56,092 nt of DNA from a virus (lineage: Duplodnaviria; Caudoviricetes): the IMG/VR virus record IMGVR_UViG_3300037264_000469, positions 1 through 56,092 of that record; one strand, written 5' to 3'. How positions within the stretch are numbered: the stretch's first letter is position 1; every line of letters begins with the position of its first letter. The notes under the pieces were generated by a model. That model ran no database searches. It had not been told where the DNA came from and saw only the letters and a program-made list of their open reading frames with translations. A program made the position numbers and the translations under genes. Positions 51,701 to 56,092 of the stretch are shown in pieces.

Positions 51701-54700
51701 GTACCCGATGTACCTTTTGTTCCACTAGTTCCAGATGATCCACTTACTCCCGATGTTCCACTTGTTCCTGATGTACCCTCTGTACCACTTGTTCCACCTG
51801 TACCACTTGTACCACTTGTTCCCTCTATTCCGGGAATTCCGGGATTACCATCTACTCCAGACGAACCAGCCGTTCCACTTGTTCCGGATGTACCCTTTGT
51901 TCCTGAAGTTCCGCTAGTTCCAGATGTTCCCCTTGTACCACTTGTACCTTCTGTGCCACTTGTACCAGAAGTACCTTCTGTGCCACTTGTACCAGAAGTA
52001 CCTTCTGTGCCACTTGTACCTGATGATCCACTTACTCCTGATGTTCCCGATGTACCTTTTGTTCCAGATGAACCAGCAGTTCCCGATGTACCTTTTGTTC
52101 CTGATGTTCCAGATGTTCCACTTGTACCCGATGTTCCAGATGTTCCTTCCGTTCCACTTGTACCTGATGTTCCTTCTGTTCCACTTGTACCCGATGAACC
52201 ACTCACTCCAGATGTTCCTGAAGTACCCGATGAACCTCTCGTACCACTTGTACCCGACGAACCACTCACTCCTGATGTTCCTGATGTTCCACTTGTTCCA
52301 GAAGTACCAAAAGTTCCCGATGTTCCACTTGTTCCAGAAGAACCACTTACTCCAGACGTTCCAGAAGTACCAAAAGTTCCCGATGTTCCACTTGTCCCAG
52401 AAGTACCTTTTGTTCCACTCGTACCTGAAGAACCGCTTACTCCGGATGTTCCAGACGTTCCGCTTGAGCCACTTACTCCAGATGTTCCGGATGTTCCTCT
52501 TGTTCCTGCTGTTCCACTTGTTCCCGATGTACCTTCTGTCCCACTTGTTCCCGATGTACCTTCTGTCCCACTTGTTCCCGATGTACCGCTTGTTCCAGAA
52601 GAACCACTCACTCCAGATGTACCACTTGTTCCTCTCGTACCACTCGTTCCGCTTGTACCACTCGTTCCGCTTGTTCCTTTCGTACCACTCGTTCCGCTCG
52701 GAGTTATAGCATACGATGCCGTTGTTGCATGACTTGAAGTTATTGCATGAGACGCCGACAATGCGAATGACGAACTTAGTGAAAATGAAGCAGTTTTATT
52801 TGTATGAACAACTCCATTGACATCAACGGTTAATAAATTAATATCGTTTAGTTCTCTTAACCCAGATAGTTTTAATGGATCTTGTGATGAAGACACATAT
52901 AATCTATGTAATGACTCGGTTGATCCAATTGATAAATTTTCTCTTAAATAAGACGGACTTTCATTAATAGAATATAATGCCCATGACTGACTTACAGATC
53001 CACTTGTAAATTCATTTACATTAATAAAAATTCCAAAGCTATTTTGAATATAATATGCATTATTGCAATATGGAGTTATATAAATTCCATAAGCATAATC
53101 AGCACTTCCCGTAACATATGAAGTAGTAGAATTTAATCCAAATTGAACTCTAATTCCATATATTTCTGAAATATTTCCTCTATGATCATTTCCTAATGTA
53201 GCTTGAACATCTACCCCCATATAATATCCACTACTCGTAATAGAACTACTAACGTAAATGTTTCCTGGGTTAATGGTATATGCTTTCCAATAATAAGTTC
53301 CATTGGTATCAGCTATAAAGGCTGGAGTTGTTTTAATAGCATCGGAATCCTGATTGTATTCTATTCCTCTAACTTCTAAGAAAGTAGTCGAGTCAAACGC
53401 ATTTATTCCTACATACTGATTGTGAGTACTTATAGATGAAGTTTGAGTCAGTCTATTATTAAGCCAGTGTGGAACGAAATAATCGGTTCCTTCACCAATA
53501 TAAGATGCAGTTAATGCATATGATGCACTTTTGGCCCAAGATGCTGTTATAGGATATAATGATCCGGTTGTGAAATTAGCACTTATTCCACTTGTTCCTG
53601 ATGAACCACTTATTCCACTTGTCCCAGACGTTCCCGATGTTCCTTTCGTTCCGCTTGTGCCAGATGTACCCGATGTTCCTTTTGTTCCACTTGTACCAGA
53701 CGTACCACTTGGAGTTATAGCATACGATGCTGTTATTGCATGACTTGATGTTAATGCATATGATGCAGAGGTTGATCCTGATGCATATGATGCCGATACA
53801 ACGAATGTTAGAGATTGAGTTACATCATATAATTTAAAATAACTTCCACTTAAAGTGTACGAGGCTGATAATGCTTCCTTTGCAAATAATGCATAAGATG
53901 CTGTTCTACTTGAATGAACAACTCCACTAACATCAATGGTCAATAAATCAATATCTGATGATTCTATTACATTTTGTAATCGTAGTGGATCAACAGTGGC
54001 AGATACATGTAATCTGTTGGTTGGAAGTATCGTGCCAATTCCTACATCTACTCCATCTTCATAAATTAAACTTGTAGGAGTTAAGGTGTTGTTTTGCCAT
54101 TTTGGAACGTAATTATCAACCCCTTCTCCTATATATGATGCACTCAATGCATATGAAGCGGATAATGCCCATGATGACGTAATTGGATATGATGACCCGG
54201 TTGTAAAATTAGCACTTATTCCACTTGTTCCGGATGAACCTGCTGTTCCACTTGTACCTGATGTTCCTCTTGTTCCACTCGTTCCAGATGATCCACTCAC
54301 TCCAGATGTTCCTGCGGTTCCTGCTGTTCCACTTGTACCAGATGTTCCCGATGAACCTCTTGTGCCACTTGTACCAGATGATCCACTTACTCCTGATGTT
54401 CCCGATGTTCCTGATGTGCCACTTGTGCCCGATGAACCAGCCGTTCCGCTTGTACCAGACGTACCTTCTGTTCCACTTGTTCCAGACGTGCCTTCTGTTC
54501 CACTTGTTCCAGACGTGCCTTCTGCACCACTTGTACCAGATGTACCTCTTGTGCCACTTGTGCCCGATGATCCACTTATTCCAGATGTTCCTGATGTACC
54601 TTTTGTACCCGATGTACCAGATGTTCCTGAAGAACCACTTACTCCAGATGTTCCGCTTATACCGGATGAACCAGCAGTTCCACTTGTTCCTGCCGTTCCA

Positions 54701-56091
54701 CTTGTCCCCGATGAACCACTTACTCCAGATGTTCCGCTTATACCAGATGAACCAGCAGTTCCACTTGTTCCAGATGTTCCTCTCGTTCCACTTGTACCAC
54801 TTGATCCACTTATTCCTGCTGTTCCACTTGTACCACTTGATCCACTTATTCCTGCTGTTCCCGAAGTCCCTTCGGTTCCACTTGTTCCAGATGAACCACT
54901 TACTCCAGATGTGCCGGATGTACCAGCGGTTCCCGATGTTCCTTTTGTTCCGCTTGTTCCAGATGAACCACTTATTCCTGAAGTACCCGATGTACCTCTT
55001 GTTCCTGATGTACCTGAAGTACCTTCTGTTCCTGATGTACCTGAAGTACCTTCTGTTCCTGAAGTACCCGAAGTACCTTCTGTTCCACTTGTTCCTGATG
55101 ATCCACTTACTCCGGATGTTCCTGATGATCCACTAATACCAGATGTTCCTGATGTTCCTTTCGTTCCGCTTGTGCCCGATGTTCCTTTCGTTCCACTTGT
55201 TCCGGATGTACCGTCAATTCCACTTGTACCAGATGTGCCTTCTGTACCACTTGTGCCAGATGAACCGCTTACTCCGGACGTTCCGCTTGTTCCACTTGAT
55301 CCACTGATTCCAGATGTTCCCGAAGTACCAAAAGTACCTGATGTACCTGAAGTACCTCTTGTTCCTGATGTACCTGAAGTACCTTCTGTTCCTGATGTTC
55401 CTTCCGTTCCTGATGTACCTGAAGTTCCCTCCTGTCCACTTGTACCAGATGTTCCTTTAGTTCCGCTTGTACCAGATGTTCCCGAAGTTCCTCTTGTTCC
55501 ACTTGTTCCGCTTGATCCACTTATTCCTGACGTTCCTGATGTTCCACTTGTACCAGATGTGCCTTCTGTACCACTTGTGCCAGATGAACCGCTTACTCCG
55601 GACGTTCCGCTTGTTCCACTTGATCCACTGATTCCAGATGTTCCCGAAGTACCAAAAGTACCTGATGTTCCCTTTGTTCCACTGGTTCCCGATGTTCCCT
55701 TTGTTCCACTGGTTCCCGATGTTCCCTCTGTTCCACTGGTTCCCGATGTTCCCTCTGTTCCACTGGTTCCCGATGTTCCCTCTGTTCCACTCGTACCTGA
55801 TGATCCATTCGCTCCCGATGTTCCTGAAGTTCCACTTGATCCACTGATTCCAGATGTTCCCGAAGTACCTGATGTGCCTTTTGTACCACTTGTACCCGAT
55901 GATCCACTTATTCCAGATGTTCCTGATGTTCCTTTCGTTCCACTTGATCCACTAATTCCTGATGTTCCCGATGTTCCCGATGTACCCGCCGAACCATCCG
56001 TTCCACTTGTACCTGAAGTACCTTCTGTTCCCGACGTTCCTTCCGCTCCCGATGTTCCACTTGTGCCCGAAGTACCTTTTGTTCCTGATGT
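45721..56091 (-). CDS. giant collagen-like (Gly-Thr-Ser)n fibre protein, >=3456 aa, 5' end outside the window
   Basis: The track start at 54300 is an internal GTG; the same frame reads GTS repeats at 54301 and at 56091 and no in-frame stop was noticed; VGIGT..P fibre motifs and SASYA repeats. Confidence 0.85.
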   Translation of the reverse strand, partial: TSGTKGTSGTSGTSGAEGTSGTEGTSGTSGTDGSAGTSGTSGTSGISGSSGTKGTSGTSGISGSSGTSGTKGTSGTSGTSGISGSSGTSGTSGANGSSGTSGTEGTSGTSGTEGTSGTSGTEGTSGTSGTKGTSGTSGTKGTSGTFGTSGTSGISGSSGTSGTSGVSGSSGTSGTEGTSGTSGTSGTSGISGSSGTSGTRGTSGTSGTSGTKGTSGTSGQEGTSGTSGTEGTSGTEGTSGTSGTRGTSGTSGTFGTSGTSGISGSSGTSGTSGVSGSSGTSGTEGTSGTSGIDGTSGTSGTKGTSGTSGTKGTSGTSGISGSSGTSGVSGSSGTSGTEGTSGTSGTEGTSGTSGTEGTSGTSGTRGTSGTSGISGSSGTSGTKGTSGTAGTSGTSGVSGSSGTSGTEGTSGTAGISGSSGTSGTAGISGSSGTSGTRGTSGTSGTAGSSGISGTSGVSGSSGTSGTAGTSGTAGSSGISGTSGVSGSSGTSGTSGTKGTSGTSGISGSSGTSGTRGTSGTSGAEGTSGTSGTEGTSGTSGTEGTSGTSGTAGSSGTSGTSGTSGTSGVSGSSGTSGTRGSSGTSGTSGTAGTAGTSGVSGSSGTSGTRGTSGTSGTAGSSGTSGISANFTTGSSYPITSSWALSASYALSASYIGEGVDNYVPKWQNNTLTPTSLIYEDGVDVGIGTILPTNRLHVSATVDPLRLQNVIESSDIDLLTIDVSGVVHSSRTASYALFAKEALSASYTLSGSYFKLYDVTQSLTFVVSASYASGSTSASYALTSSHAITASYAITPSGTSGTSGTKGTSGTSGTSGTKGTSGTSGTSGISGSSGTSGISANFTTGSLYPITASWAKSASYALTASYIGEGTDYFVPHWLNNRLTQTSSISTHNQYVGINAFDSTTFLEVRGIEYNQDSDAIKTTPAFIADTNGTYYWKAYTINPGNIYVSSSITSSGYYMGVDVQATLGNDHRGNISEIYGIRVQFGLNSTTSYVTGSADYAYGIYITPYCNNAYYIQNSFGIFINVNEFTSGSVSQSWALYSINESPSYLRENLSIGSTESLHRLYVSSSQDPLKLSGLRELNDINLLTVDVNGVVHTNKTASFSLSSSFALSASHAITSSHATTASYAITPSGTSGTKGTSGTSGTSGTSGTRGTSGTSGVSGSSGTSGTSGTSGTEGTSGTSGTEGTSGTSGTAGTRGTSGTSGVSGSSGTSGTSGVSGSSGTSGTKGTSGTSGTSGTFGTSGTSGVSGSSGTSGTSGTFGTSGTSGTSGTSGVSGSSGTSGTRGSSGTSGTSGVSGSSGTSGTEGTSGTSGTEGTSGTSGTSGTSGTSGTKGTSGTAGSSGTKGTSGTSGVSGSSGTSGTEGTSGTSGTEGTSGTSGTEGTSGTRGTSGTSGTSGTKGTSGTSGTAGSSGVDGNPGIPGIEGTSGTSGTGGTSGTEGTSGTSGTSGVSGSSGTSGTKGTSGTSGTTGTSGTSGTKGTSGTAGSSGTSGISANFTTGSLYPITSSWALNALSASYALTASYIGEGSDYFVPYWLNNKLTQVSAISNHGQFVGINSFDVEDAILDVQGLVFDRDVSSIRTIPAFRATIDGTYYWSSYENNLGNTYVNNFITNSGHYIALNVQSTLGTDHKGRLEGLYGIRVQFGLSSEDEWITGSISRSYGVYITPFCQSASYIENSYGIFIDTNKFEPGTVDNPWAIYSINESPSYIRSNLSIGSTESLHKLYVSSSQDPLKLAGLRELNDINLLTVDVNGVVHTNKTASYSISASYAITPSGTSGTKGTSGTAGTSGTSGVSGSSGTSGTKGTAGTSGTSGVSGSSGTSGTTGTSGTAGTSGTSGISGSSGTSGTSGTAGTSGTSGVSGSSGTSGTKGTSGTSGTYGTAGTSGTSGVSGSSGTSGTRGTSGTSGVSGSSGTSGTEGTSGTSGTSGISGSSGTSGTKGTSGTSGVSGSSGTSGTNGTSGTSGTSGTAGTSGTSGVSGSSGTSGTRGTSGTSGTRGTSGTSAFIVSGSTYPITTSFSLSSSFSLTASFSLSSSFSLSSSYALSASYIGEGVDNYIPKWQNNTLTPTSLIYEDGVDVGIGTILPTNRLHVSSAANPLRLQNVIESSDIDLLTIDVSGVVHSSKTASYTLFAKEALSASYTLSGSYFKFFDVTQSLTFVVSASYASGSTSASYALTSSHAITASYAITPSGTSGTSGTKGTSGTTGTSGTSGTRGTSGTSGVSGSSGTSGTEGTSGTSGTEGTSGTSGTSGISGSSGTSGTKGTSGTSGVSGSSGTSGTEGTSGTSGTSGISGSSGTSGTRGTSGTSGTKGTSGTSGTEGTSGTSGVSGSSGTSGTKGTSGTSGTGGTSGMDGTSGTSGTSGVSGSSGTSGTKGTSGTSGTSGMDGTSGTSGTSGVSGSSGTSGTKGTSGTSGTSGVSGSSGTSGTSGTSGTEGTSGTSGVSGSSGTSGTKGTSGTSGTSGVSGSSGTSGTKGTSGTSGTSGVSGSSGTSGTSVAISGTTNRIVKFTSPTTIGDSIMTEYPTNNFIGVNQTNPSSSLDVVSTLPSAWPAASGKIQTGSILRLRHTDSNGVLDIGSMHSGLGAWLQFTSQIDLSSRFPLILNPNGGFIGISTGQVAPSYSLDVSGSGMRIFSQSGSVGMIIESPYLASGFTGNDARLAFKYGSFERMRVSTDQISAASNDFNLKFDFISSSLTDYNTWMTIKGIDGNVGINTTTPTNKLHISASSDPLRLTGLIQQLSDIDLLTVDVSGEVHTNRTASYALNALSASYALSASYALSASYTLSSSYTLSSSYTLSSSYSKTSSFASCALCCISASYALTASYVGEGTNDYYIKWVNNNKLSSTSEIYGNSDKVTVTTTLSSSQYLVDKTGYVARNLVPDTQWYSGSGPMVETVFIQVGANNENTRSYDVDPYGQRSLIWKVTSAGDFAANGGWDATLPAIPSKSHRYSVWVKILSNTPPNNGTIFLGASTSNTLNLNNTVNGNPFFLQRNASSLPKDQWLLFVGYLWATDSTGSSLLKSGVYTQSGSFDRTSGVEYKIGTGNVQTQRVSEYYNTTTSSVVYFWGPRVEEINSDTLPIEAYLPYESASYAITASYARSSSYTITASYTFTGSYAVTSSYSDISNEVLGGSTNYTARWVTDNQLGIGAIRDFGSTTAPHITYGGLVLSSSHAPYGVQIATLGDGGWARYYSVGQVGIANPLSQSFSIFGSYGGLGSITYAFITPFVSHSNMVINVYNNPNQFRFYPTSKFIIVSGSNTIVALGHSDNQYILGGNLGIGTSSPQAKFHVQGAISASIFGTGSFHGTSSWSEKSKVSIYSTQSIYAVSASWASSSLSSSYAVSSSHFTNNNFNFGDIKIDYASIIIPSPNLDFVMFYTNTGSYRSGYFEYSVASGSNSRAGMMVANWNDDNIEYNEVTTAEIGNTNALSMSIKLNTVGPGDVGLVTRSSNTAGWAVKASIKIM
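47708..47815. repeat. 18-bp tandem repeats encoding LSASYA / LSSSYT
   Basis: TATGATGAACTTAATGTA x3 and GATAAGGCATATGAGGCC-type units. Confidence 0.8.
48617..49533. repeat. Gly-Thr-Ser coding repeat tract (9-bp degenerate periodicity)
   Basis: Continuous Gly-X-Y with synonymous codon variation. Confidence 0.9.
50090..50778. repeat. Gly-Thr-Ser coding repeat tract
   Basis: Continuous Gly-X-Y with synonymous codon variation. Confidence 0.9.
51620..52702. repeat. Gly-Thr-Ser coding repeat tract containing a classical collagen segment [13 protein letters not shown]
   Basis: Continuous Gly-X-Y with synonymous codon variation. Confidence 0.9.
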
Positions 56092-56092
56092 A
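54218..56092. repeat. longest Gly-Thr-Ser tract, >600 codons, open at the window edge
   Basis: Continuous Gly-X-Y with synonymous codon variation. Confidence 0.9.

Noticed and set aside
49525-54145. Duplicated modules as DGR template/variable repeats
   Set aside because: Both copies are in-frame in one gene, differences are not adenine-restricted, and there is no reverse transcriptase in the window
54298-54300. ORF-track start of the giant fibre
   Set aside because: Internal GTG (Val); the frame stays open upstream
48551-55907. Long plus-strand PLVPDV-repeat and MFHL-repeat ORFs, and alternate-frame EHREHQ ORFs
   Set aside because: Shadow frames of the GTS repeat; the wobble pattern fits the minus-strand Gly-Thr-Ser frame
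48617-56092. Repeat tracts as CRISPR array or satellite DNA
   Set aside because: 9-bp degenerate coding periodicity, no constant repeat with unique spacers, no cas genes
1-56092. Stop-codon reassignment, tRNA genes, introns or inteins
   Set aside because: Core genes are full length under the standard code with dense packing; no cloverleaf or splice motifs noticed; RecA and PolA are not enlarged
1-56092. Eukaryotic giant virus or bacterial contractile injection system
   Set aside because: Collagen plus GTs recall Mimiviridae, but sheath, tube, tape measure, gp32-like SSB, RecA and sigma70 promoters indicate a tailed phage

Overview
AT-rich segment of a large contractile-tailed (myo-type, probably jumbo) phage genome, almost entirely minus-strand and read with the standard genetic code. 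In transcription order (right to left) there are five modules. (1) A giant (>=3456 aa, open at the window edge) Gly-Thr-Ser collagen-like fibre protein and a second 1324-aa fibre. (2) A five-gene glycosylation cluster: GT4, GT4+GT25-like, FkbM methyltransferase fusion, TibC/AAH-like protein O-heptosyltransferase, and GT2-like. (3) The tail sheath, then a ~12.6 kb insert bounded by two endonuclease+GNAT genes and containing probable internal-head proteins, a nucleotidyltransferase polyprotein, a beta-helix protein, a HAD nucleotidase and a TCGA-palindrome element. (4) Tail tube, chaperone with an apparent programmed +1 frameshift, tape measure and baseplate genes. (5) A replication/recombination block: minimal PolA-like polymerase, gp32-like SSB, RecA/UvsX and a FEN/RNase H-like 5' nuclease. 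The best candidate for an undescribed system is phage-encoded O-glycosylation of Ser/Thr collagen-like virion fibres. All calls come from reading motifs by eye; no database searches were run.
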